From the NCBI GenBank assembly GCA_963826115.1, contig CAWGVS010000005.1, positions 1,056,001 through 1,120,000 of the forward strand: 64,000 nucleotides of DNA, in the 5' to 3' direction. This DNA comes from an uncultured Candidatus Rokubacteria bacterium. Its GTDB lineage: Bacteria; Methylomirabilota; Methylomirabilia; Rokubacteriales; DASRDR01. The notes beneath the pieces were generated by a model, which saw only the letters and a list, made by a program, of their open reading frames with translations, had not been told where the DNA came from and ran no database searches. Position numbers and translations under genes: made by a program. Below, in pieces: positions 21,579-29,876 of the stretch (its first letter is position 1; each line of letters starts with the position of its first letter).

Positions 21579-22481
21579 GTGGAGCCTGATCGGGCGAGCT
21601 GGACCGCGAGATTGGCCGCCTACGCGCGCGCATATCACTACGCCCACGACTCACGCCGGGTATTCGAGGACTTCCTGGCGGGCGCGCTCATCACGCGAGA
21701 AGACCGGGAGACCATGGACACACAGTGGGCACCCGCGGCGGCCGACTCTCAGCCGAGACGGCCGGGCGGCGCCCACATGCTCGGCAGAGCGCGCTACAAC
21801 GAGGACAAACTCTTCGGCGCGATCGACAAAGGCATCTCACAGTACGTCATCGTCGGCGCTGGCATGGACACCTTCGCGCTACGGCGGCCCGACCTCCAGG
21901 AGCGTCTCCGGATCTTCGAGCTCGATCACCCCGCGACGCAGGCGTTGAAGCGGGACCGGCTGTCTCAGGCCGCCCTGGCTCTACCACCCCACCTCCACTT
22001 CTGCCCGACTGATTTCGAGCGCGAGAGCGTCGGATCCTCACTGTCCCGATCGCCATTCGACCCCGGGGTTCCGACGTTCTTCTCATGGCTGGGCGTCACG
22101 TACTACCTGACGCGCGAGGCGATTCGCAACACGCTCACGTCGATCTCGACCGTGGCAGCGCCGAACAGTGAACTCGTCATGGACTACGCGGATGCGGCCG
22201 CGCTTCTTCCAGACAATCAGTCTCCCCAGATCCGGGACCTCTTCTTGCGACTCCAGAGCGTGGGCGAGCCCCTGATATCCGGTTTCCACCCGTGCACACT
22301 GACTGAAGAGCTCGCAGCGCTCGGGTTCGACCTCTTGGAGGATTTGGACGCCAAGGTGCAAGAAGCACGCTACTTTGCGGGTCGAGTCGATGGGTTCCGT
22401 CCGGTTGAGTTCGCTCACTTGGCGCATGCACGTCGGATCCCGCCTCCGATGCTGGCGCGGGCGGATGAGGTGATCCAGTAG
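21579..22481 (+). CDS. SAM-dependent methyltransferase (LCM/TIGR00027-like) with binding-protein-derived C-terminal tail
   Basis: QYVIVGAGMDTFA, IFELDHPATQ, FSWLGVTYYL; ends IPPPMLARADEVIQ. Confidence 0.85.
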   Translation: MEPDRASWTARLAAYARAYHYAHDSRRVFEDFLAGALITREDRETMDTQWAPAAADSQPRRPGGAHMLGRARYNEDKLFGAIDKGISQYVIVGAGMDTFALRRPDLQERLRIFELDHPATQALKRDRLSQAALALPPHLHFCPTDFERESVGSSLSRSPFDPGVPTFFSWLGVTYYLTREAIRNTLTSISTVAAPNSELVMDYADAAALLPDNQSPQIRDLFLRLQSVGEPLISGFHPCTLTEELAALGFDLLEDLDAKVQEARYFAGRVDGFRPVEFAHLAHARRIPPPMLARADEVIQ

Positions 22482-23474
22482 GTGGACCGGCGCGCCTTCC
22501 TCGCCGGCTCCCTGGGCGCCCTCGCCGCGCCGGTCGCCGCGGGGGCGCAGCAGGCAGACCGCATTTGGCGGGTCGGCCTCCTCATTCCGTTCGCCGAGAG
22601 CGACGCGGAAGCGCAGACCCAGGTTGCAGCGTTCCTGGGGGCCCTGCGGACACTTGGTTGGGACGAAGGTCGAAATGTGCGCATCGATTATCGTTGGGCT
22701 GCGCGGGATACCACTCGTATTCGGGCATCTGCGAAGGAGCTGGTGGAGCTTCGGCCCGACGTGATTCTCGCCCGCACCACCCCAGTGACCGCCGCACTCC
22801 AAAGAGAGACCAGCACCATCCCGATAGTCTTCGTTGTCGTCTCTGATCCCGTTGGCGACGGCCTCGTCGCGACTGTCGCGCGTCCTGGTGGCAACATCAC
22901 GGGATTCACCAATGTGGATGCTTCGCTAGGCGGCAAATGGCTGCAGTTGCTCAAGGAGATCGCACCTCGCATCAAGAAGATCGCGTTCCTTTTCGATCCC
23001 AGGATGGCCCCCGGTGGGGGAGTGTATTACCGTCGTCTGATCGAGGACGCTGCTCCATCCATCGGGGTACAGGCGATCGAGACCGCGGTGCATGACGCCG
23101 CGGATATCAAGCGCGCCATCGAGGGGTTCGTGCGGGAACCGAACGGTGGTCTTGTTGTGCTACCCGATGTGACGACCATTAATCACCGCAGGACGACGAT
23201 TTCGCTGGCGGCCAACCATCGCCTGCCGGCCATCTATCCGACCGACTACTTCACGAAGGATGGCGGTCTAATATCCTACGGAGCCGACTATCTGGACTTG
23301 TATAGAAAGTCAGCGTCATATGTGGATCGCATCCTTCGCGGTGCGAAGCCGATTGACCTTCCAGTGCAGGGACCGATCAAGTTCCAGTTAACCGTCAACC
23401 TGAAGACCGCCAAAGCGCTCGGCCTCACGATCCCGCCCGCGGTGCTCGCACGGGCAGATGAAGTGATTCAGTGA
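22482..23474 (+). CDS. ABC_sub_bind-type substrate-binding protein (orphan, copy 3)
   Basis: MDRRAFLAG; ARPGGNITGF; ends IPPAVLARADEVIQ. Confidence 0.88.
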   Translation: MDRRAFLAGSLGALAAPVAAGAQQADRIWRVGLLIPFAESDAEAQTQVAAFLGALRTLGWDEGRNVRIDYRWAARDTTRIRASAKELVELRPDVILARTTPVTAALQRETSTIPIVFVVVSDPVGDGLVATVARPGGNITGFTNVDASLGGKWLQLLKEIAPRIKKIAFLFDPRMAPGGGVYYRRLIEDAAPSIGVQAIETAVHDAADIKRAIEGFVREPNGGLVVLPDVTTINHRRTTISLAANHRLPAIYPTDYFTKDGGLISYGADYLDLYRKSASYVDRILRGAKPIDLPVQGPIKFQLTVNLKTAKALGLTIPPAVLARADEVIQ

Positions 23475-23564
23475 CGCGCCCACGCACGCGACCGGAAAGG
23501 GCCGGCAGCGCCCCTTGACGCCCCCGCCCCGACCCCAAGGGGGGGGCGGCCTCTCCTGGGTGTC

Positions 23565-23798
23565 CTGACTGCAGCCGGCGTCCGCTACCGGGAGCCCGAG
23601 CGACTCCGGCACACGTTCGCCAGCACGATGCTGTCGCGTAATGCCCCGCTGCTCTACGTGCAGAAGCAGGGTGGCTGGCGAAGCGCGGCCGTGCTCCTGC
23701 GCGTCTACAGCCGCTGGCTCCCCCCGGATATCGACGGGGGGTCGATGCAACCGTCCGCAACCCCCGCGCAACCGGCCGTGGTCGCGCCGCGGAAGTAG
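23565..23798 (+). pseudogene. tyrosine integrase C-terminal remnant
   Basis: Manual translation LTAAGVRYREPERLRHTFASTMLSRNAPLLYVQKQGGWRSAAVLLRVYSRW...* contains the LRH box, GW and the catalytic Tyr; no N-terminal part. Confidence 0.75.
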
Positions 23799-23805
23799 CG
23801 GGAAT

Positions 23806-23842
23806 CTATGACCCGCCGAGCAGCGGGCGAAACTTCCAGAAG
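23806..23842 (-). repeat. left attachment site: displaced copy of the 3' end of gene 29877..31295
   Basis: Encodes FWKFRPLLGGS*; 23811-23842 matches 29879-29910 at 28/32 nt, with an identical 12-bp core AACTTCCAGAAG. Confidence 0.8.
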
Positions 23843-24059
23843 CACTTGGCCCCCACGCGCGTGCTCGAAAATCCGGCACGTTACAAGACAGCGGCCCGAA
23901 ATCTATCCCCTGGCAACATAACCACACGCGGCCTCGACCTGCGTACGTCACGACTTGCGCGACACCACCGTGAGCTCCCATTAACGCCGGGTCAGCTGGA
24001 CGCATTCCAGCGGCCCGGCGACAGGTCTCCCAGTACCACCGTGCTATCCTAGCGACACA

Positions 24060-24293
24060 ATGACCTCATCAGCTGAACACACCAATCTGCCTGAAGTGAT
24101 CTTCCTCGTCGAGGAAGCCCCCGAGGGCGGTTTCACCGCACGGGCCCTGGGAGAATCAATCTTCACCGAGGCCAACGACATGGAAGACCTCCATGCGAAG
24201 GTCCGAGACGCGGTTCACTGTCACTTCGACGAGGGCAAGACTCCGAAGGTCATCCGGCTCCATTTCGTCCGTGAGGAAGTCATCAAGGCTTGA
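24060..24293 (+). CDS. HicB-like antitoxin (short, no DNA-binding domain)
   Basis: EVIFLVEEAPEGGFTARALGESIFTEA...VRDAVHCHF; stop overlaps the hicA start. Confidence 0.75.
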   Translation: MTSSAEHTNLPEVIFLVEEAPEGGFTARALGESIFTEANDMEDLHAKVRDAVHCHFDEGKTPKVIRLHFVREEVIKA

Positions 24294-24535
24294 GGCTGCC
24301 GCGGGACGTCTCTGGGGAGGATCTCGCGAAGGCACTCGGTGATCTCGGCTACCGGATCACTCGCCAATCCGGTAGCCATCTCAGACTGACCACGCTCGAA
24401 CGCGGCGAGCACCACGTCACCATCCCTCGCCACGCTGCGCTCCGGGTTGGGACACTGTCCGGTCTCCTCGGCGACGTGGCCCAGCATTTCGCCCTGAGCC
24501 GAGAGGAGCTGATCGAGCGGTTGTTTGGGCGATAG
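24290..24535 (+). CDS. hicA: HicA family toxin
   Basis: LPRDVSGEDLAKAL..LGYRITRQSGSHLRL...VTIPRH..LRVGTL; TTG start. Confidence 0.85.
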   Translation: MRLPRDVSGEDLAKALGDLGYRITRQSGSHLRLTTLERGEHHVTIPRHAALRVGTLSGLLGDVAQHFALSREELIERLFGR

Positions 24536-24580
24536 ACGACCAGGAGCGAGGTCGGCTGAAGTCCCGACACTGCGCATTCG

Positions 24581-27500
24581 TCAGCCACGCTCCGTCAGCG
24601 CCGCCTCCGCCTGCGCCAGCCAGAAGCCCATCTCCATCTCTCGATACATATTCGTGGCCGCGGTCAGGTGCTCGTGGGCCTTCGGACGATCACCGGTGCG
24701 GCGATAGAGTTTGCCGAGGCCGAGGTGGCAGTGGGCGACGAGGGGGCGCATGCCGCGCGGCTCGGCGAGCTCCAGCGCCCGGCGGTAGTGGGCCTCGCCG
24801 CTGTCGGCGTCCAACCGGTCGGGATGGGTCGCGATGTCGCCGAGCAGGTGCCGCGCGTCAGCCGCGAACCCGTGCTGCCCCGGAGAGGATTCGACCGCGC
24901 GGTCGGCCAGGCGCTGCGCTTCGTCGAGCCGGCCGAGCAGCAGACCGGCGCGACCCAGCGAGTGGTAGTCCCAACTGCGATAGGCGATGAACCCCCTTGC
25001 CGCCTGACGTTCGAGAAGCCGCTCGCCCTCCCGGAGCCGGTCCAGCGCCTCACTCGCTTCGCCAAGCTGCGCCAATGCCCAGGCGGAGGAGGCGACCGCG
25101 GTGGGAAGCTGAAAGACGACGTTTCGCGGCCGCACCACCGCAATCCACTGCTCGATCAGTGTCCGCGCGTTCGGCCAGTCGCCCTTGAGGAGGCGAAGCG
25201 TGCCCGCGGCGAGGTGGGCCCAGCCGACGGTGTGCGCGTGCTGTGTCGGCTCGGCAAGCCGGATCGCGTCGGCTTCATACGTGGCCGCCTCGATGAACCG
25301 GCCAAGTTGGGCGAGGCTCATGGCCAGGTAGGAGCGGTCGAGGACCGATGGCGGGACGGCCAGGCCGAAATACTCGGAGGCCAAGTCGGCCGGCAGCGCC
25401 GCGAGGTTGCCCGTCGCCAGCTCGACCACTCGCTCGTACTCGCCCCGGTAGTAATGCCCTTCAACGAGACAGCTCGTGGCGAGAATTCGGAGCCTCACAT
25501 CCCCGAGACGCCCGGCGATCGCCAGCGCGCGAGTGCCGGTCACGAGCGCGTCGTCCAATTCGCCGAGATCGTTCAGGGCCATCGTCACGAACGCGCCGGC
25601 GCGGCCTCGCCGGCGGTCATCGTTCAACCGTTCGGCGAGGGCCTCGGCTTCGCGCAAGCGGTCCCGCACTCGCTGGACTTCACCGAGTTGGTTCAGCACT
25701 GGCCGCAGTTCGAGGCGGATCTCGAAGCTCTGCTCCAGCATGGACGGGCTCTCCGGCAGCGCCTCGAGGACCCCCAGCGCCTGCTCGAACCAGACCCGAG
25801 CATCCGAGAGCGCCGATCGCGCGGCCGCCTTGAGCCCGGCCTGCCGGGTATAGTCCACCGCCTTCTCCCGCAACTCACCCCGGACCGCGTGATGAGCGAG
25901 CCGCTCGATCTCTGCGCCAAGGCGGTCTTGGTGGAGCGTCTCGATTGCTTCGACGATCCGCGCGTGCAGCTCGCGGCGCCGCTCCTGCAGCAAGCCGCCG
26001 TACGCGACCTCGTGCGTGAGCGCGTGCCGGAACGTGTACTCGAGATCCGGGAACAGCCGCGTCTCGTAGAGGAATTCGGTCGCCTGAAGCTGGGCGAGCC
26101 CCTGGCGGAGACGGTCCTCGGGCTCGTCGGCCACAGCCTGGAGCAGCGAGAAGGGAACGTCGGTGCCGATCACCGCGGCCGCCTGCAGCAGTCGTTTGTC
26201 CTCCGGGTCCAGTCGGTCGATCCGGGCCGCCAGCATCGCCTGGGCCGTGGCCGGGACCCGGAGGCCTTGGACGATCCGGGTCACGCGATATGCTCCACGC
26301 TCCCCCGCCAGGACTCCCGTCTCGACCAGCGATCGAACGCTCTCCTCCACGAAGAACGGGTTGCCCTCGGTCCGCTCGATCACGAGCCGCTTGAGCGGGG
26401 CGAGCGCGGTGTCGTTCCCGAGCAGGGCGTCGAGCAAGGCCTCGGCGCTCTCGGGCGCCAGGGGATTGATCTGGAGCTGCCGGTAGTAGGTCTTGCTCCC
26501 CCAGCCGTGGCGGTACTCCGGGCGGTAGTTTACGAGGAGGAGCAGCCTGGCCGTGGGCAGGCTCTCCACCAGGCTGTCCAAGAAGGCCTGAGTCTCGGCG
26601 TCGATCCAGTGCAAGTCCTCGAACAGGACCACGAGCGGCTGCACCTGGCTCTCGCGCAGGAGCAGACGCTTGACGCCGTCAAGGATACGCTGGCGGCGCT
26701 GGGGCGGATCGAGGCGTGCCCAGTGCTCGTCCTCGATCGGGACGTCAAGCAGCCACAGAATCGGGAAGACGCAGGGCTCAAGCTGCCGGTCGAGAGAGAG
26801 GAGCCTGCCCGTCACCTTCTCGCCGATCTTGCGGGCATCGTCGGTGCTCTCGATCTGGAAGTACGCTCGGAGCAGCTCGATGAGGGGCAGGTAGTTCGTC
26901 GCCTTGCCGTAGGAGACGGAGCCGGACTCGAGGATCAGCCAGCCCTCGGCGCGATCGGAGTGACTGAACTCCCAAAAGAGCCGGGACTTCCCGACACCGG
27001 GCTCCCCCACGAGGGCCACCACCTGTCCGTGACCGGCTCGCGCGCGCTCGAGCGCCTGGCGGAGCTGATCCAGCTCGCTCTCTCGGCCCACGAATTGGGC
27101 CAGGCCGCGGACGGCCGCGGCCTGGAAGCGCGAGCGGACCGTGGCGGCCCGGGTCAGTTCGTAGACCTCGAGCAACATCTCCAGCCCCTTGACCCGCACC
27201 GGGCCGAGCGATTTGACCTCGACGTAGCCTTCGGCCAGCGCCAGCGTCTCGGGCGTGATCACGATCGCGCCGGGGTCGGCGAGCTGCTCCATCCGCGCGG
27301 CCAGGTGCGTCGTCTGGCCGACGGCGGTGTAGTCCATACGGAGATCGCTGCCTATGGCGCGGACGACGACCTCGCCTGAGTTCAGCCCGACGCGGATCTT
27401 GACGACGGCCGCATGAGAGCGCCGCACCTCGTCCGCGTACGTCTTCACGCGCTCCTGCATCCTGAGTGCCGCGTAGCATGCCCGCACCGCATGGTCCTCG

Positions 27501-27949
27501 TGGGCCAGCGGCGCACCGAACAGCGCCATGATCCCGTCGCCCATCACCTGGTTGACGGTGCCCTCGTAGCGGTGGACGGCCTCCATCATCCGCTCGAGCA
27601 CGGGATCCAGGAGCTTCCGTGCCTCCTCGGGGTCGCGGTCGGCGAGCAATTCCATCGAGCCCTTTAGATCGCCGAAGAGCACCGTCACCTGCTTCCGCTC
27701 GCCTTCGAGGGCACTCTTCGAGGTGAGGATCTTCTCGGCGAGGTGCTTCGGGGTGTAGGCCCCTGGTGAGCTGAAACGTGGCTGCGTCGAGGCCAGCTCG
27801 GCCAGCGGATGGGCGCACTCGGAGCAGAACTTCGCGGTCGGGGACGCCTGGGCGCCGCAATTCGCGCAGGTTCGGGCGAGAGGAGCGGCACATTCCTCGC
27901 AGAACTTCGCCTGCGGGCGATTCTCATGCTGGCACCGGGAGCATTTCAT
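24581..27949 (-). CDS. double zinc ribbon + class III nucleotidyl cyclase + AAA_16 (STAND) + TPR protein
   Basis: MKCSRCQHEN..CEEC..CANC..CSEC; FGDLKGS, MGDGIM, THLAARM; GEPGVGKS; FEDLHWID; GNPFF; TPR-like C-terminus. Confidence 0.9.
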   Translation of the reverse strand: MKCSRCQHENRPQAKFCEECAAPLARTCANCGAQASPTAKFCSECAHPLAELASTQPRFSSPGAYTPKHLAEKILTSKSALEGERKQVTVLFGDLKGSMELLADRDPEEARKLLDPVLERMMEAVHRYEGTVNQVMGDGIMALFGAPLAHEDHAVRACYAALRMQERVKTYADEVRRSHAAVVKIRVGLNSGEVVVRAIGSDLRMDYTAVGQTTHLAARMEQLADPGAIVITPETLALAEGYVEVKSLGPVRVKGLEMLLEVYELTRAATVRSRFQAAAVRGLAQFVGRESELDQLRQALERARAGHGQVVALVGEPGVGKSRLFWEFSHSDRAEGWLILESGSVSYGKATNYLPLIELLRAYFQIESTDDARKIGEKVTGRLLSLDRQLEPCVFPILWLLDVPIEDEHWARLDPPQRRQRILDGVKRLLLRESQVQPLVVLFEDLHWIDAETQAFLDSLVESLPTARLLLLVNYRPEYRHGWGSKTYYRQLQINPLAPESAEALLDALLGNDTALAPLKRLVIERTEGNPFFVEESVRSLVETGVLAGERGAYRVTRIVQGLRVPATAQAMLAARIDRLDPEDKRLLQAAAVIGTDVPFSLLQAVADEPEDRLRQGLAQLQATEFLYETRLFPDLEYTFRHALTHEVAYGGLLQERRRELHARIVEAIETLHQDRLGAEIERLAHHAVRGELREKAVDYTRQAGLKAAARSALSDARVWFEQALGVLEALPESPSMLEQSFEIRLELRPVLNQLGEVQRVRDRLREAEALAERLNDDRRRGRAGAFVTMALNDLGELDDALVTGTRALAIAGRLGDVRLRILATSCLVEGHYYRGEYERVVELATGNLAALPADLASEYFGLAVPPSVLDRSYLAMSLAQLGRFIEAATYEADAIRLAEPTQHAHTVGWAHLAAGTLRLLKGDWPNARTLIEQWIAVVRPRNVVFQLPTAVASSAWALAQLGEASEALDRLREGERLLERQAARGFIAYRSWDYHSLGRAGLLLGRLDEAQRLADRAVESSPGQHGFAADARHLLGDIATHPDRLDADSGEAHYRRALELAEPRGMRPLVAHCHLGLGKLYRRTGDRPKAHEHLTAATNMYREMEMGFWLAQAEAALTERG

Positions 27950-28930
27950 GGGCCGGAGCTCCTCGACCGGGCAGCACTGCAAGCAGCAGAAGGCGGGGCT
28001 CCCGCTCCTTGCGGCAGGAGCTGATGACTGGAGCCAGAGAAGAACGCGGGAAGTCTGCAGCGCAAGATTAAGGAAGAGGGCCGTGTGCGAGCTAAGTCCC
28101 CGAATCCAGAAACGACCGAACGGCCCTCGCATGCATTCGTTGCCCAGTGCCTATCCAAGCCTGAGGGCCGTCGGAGGGCTGTAGTCGAAGAAGACGCCCC
28201 CGCACATCTCCTATGGCCAGGCGCCCAAACCTGTTGGCGGTCTCGACGGGCCAGGGGCAGTATCCGCGCGCATCGGATTCGACCAGGGTCTGCAGTGGCT
28301 ACGATGTTTCGGCGGGCCGACGGCAGAAGTATGGCCAGTCCGGAAGGTGGAACCTCGGCGAAAGAGACTTGATGCGACGCACGGCAAGATAAAGGCCGGG
28401 GCCTGATCCGCCTCAAGTCCGCGAATCTATGCACCATCGGAAGGCCCCGAAGCCGTTCGAGGGCGCGCCCTGTTTCGAGTGTCGGGGCCGCTCGGGGGCC
28501 GCGCTCACGGCCTAGAATCGCGTGGCGCCGAATGGCTCCATCGGCCTCGCTCGTGTGCTGCGACCTCCGCACTGCCCACACCATCGAGCCATAGCCGACC
28601 CTGTCGGCACAGGCTCTTGGCCGATGTCGCGAGAGGGTCTCGCCGAACCGCTTCACTTTGCGTCGCACCGCTGCACCTTGCCGCAGTCCGGCACCCCACC
28701 GAGGATCGTATCGACGGCGCGCTCCCCTCGCCAATCGCCGACTTGGCGCGAGGTTCGGGCACTCGCGACCGCCAAACCCACAACCTAGCATGCCTATTGG
28801 TAGCACGACCCGTACCGATATGAGTTCCGACCTGATCGCGTCCCCGGTGCCCCAGATCTCCCTTGCCTCGCGGCGGCGGCTTCGCTACCGTGCGAGGCAG
28901 CGTGGGGCTGGGCCGCGTCGGGGACATCCC

Positions 28931-29848
28931 ATGACGCTTGGACTCCCGGTCCTGTGGAGGAGGTACCTGTCCGAGTTGCGAATCGACCGAGCCGTGGCGG
29001 ACAGGACGCGCCGTGCCTACGAGACGGGCTGGAACTCCTTCGTGGCCACCTCGCGGTCGATGGGCTGGCGTCTCCGGGACGCCGGCGACATCAGCTACGA
29101 GCGGCTCCTGGAGTGGCAGCTCACCCTGAAGGAGGTGGGGAAGCAGGACTGGACCTGCCGGACGTACCTCATGGCCCTCAAGGGCTTCACCCGGTGGCTC
29201 AATACCAACGGGCACCTCGTCACCGACCCGGGCGCCCGGTTCCGCACCCCTCGGCTCAAGCGCACGATTCCGATCCTCCCTGCGTTCCACGACCTCGCCA
29301 CCCAGCTCGCCAGCGAACCGAGCCTCCGGAACCGCGCCATCCTCGCGATCGCGCTTTACGGGGGCCTTCGTGCCGCCGAGATCGCGGGGCTCCGTCGCGC
29401 CCACTTCGTGCCGGACCAGGGGCTCATCGGGTTCGTGGGCAAAGGCCAACGTCAGCGCTCGGTGGCACTTCCGCCCCAGGCGCTCGAGATCATCCAGATG
29501 TACCTGGCCACCAGCACAACGATCCATAACGGCGCCAATCGGAACGGCCACACCGTCCCTGCCGACTCGCCGCTCCTCCGCAAGGAGGACGGGAGCGGCG
29601 CCGGGCTCAGCTACCTCGTCATCAACCGCGTCATGACCCGCTGGACGCGGCGGCATCTCGGCGTCCGCCTCACCCCGCACAAGCTCCGCCACGCCTACGG
29701 CAAGCACTGCGTCGACCGCGGCGTCGACATCCGGATCATCGCCGAGGCGCTCGGTCACGAGTCGCTCGAATCGACCAAGATCTACACCCAGGTGTCCTTC
29801 GAGCGCACCCGCCGCATCGCCGAGTTATTTGCCCTCCCGGGGAGCTAA
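28931..29848 (+). CDS. tyrosine recombinase/integrase (XerC/D-like)
   Basis: YGGLRAAEI, GKG, TPHKLRHAYG, LGHESLESTKIYT; all catalytic residues present. Confidence 0.9.
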   Translation: MTLGLPVLWRRYLSELRIDRAVADRTRRAYETGWNSFVATSRSMGWRLRDAGDISYERLLEWQLTLKEVGKQDWTCRTYLMALKGFTRWLNTNGHLVTDPGARFRTPRLKRTIPILPAFHDLATQLASEPSLRNRAILAIALYGGLRAAEIAGLRRAHFVPDQGLIGFVGKGQRQRSVALPPQALEIIQMYLATSTTIHNGANRNGHTVPADSPLLRKEDGSGAGLSYLVINRVMTRWTRRHLGVRLTPHKLRHAYGKHCVDRGVDIRIIAEALGHESLESTKIYTQVSFERTRRIAELFALPGS

Positions 29849-29876
29849 ATAACCCGGTGCGAAATCGTCAACGAAA

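Noticed and set aside
28931-29848. Integron integrase or housekeeping XerC/XerD
   Set aside because: No IntI-specific insertion or attC-like sites were recognised; its position beside the duplicated gene end fits an element integrase better
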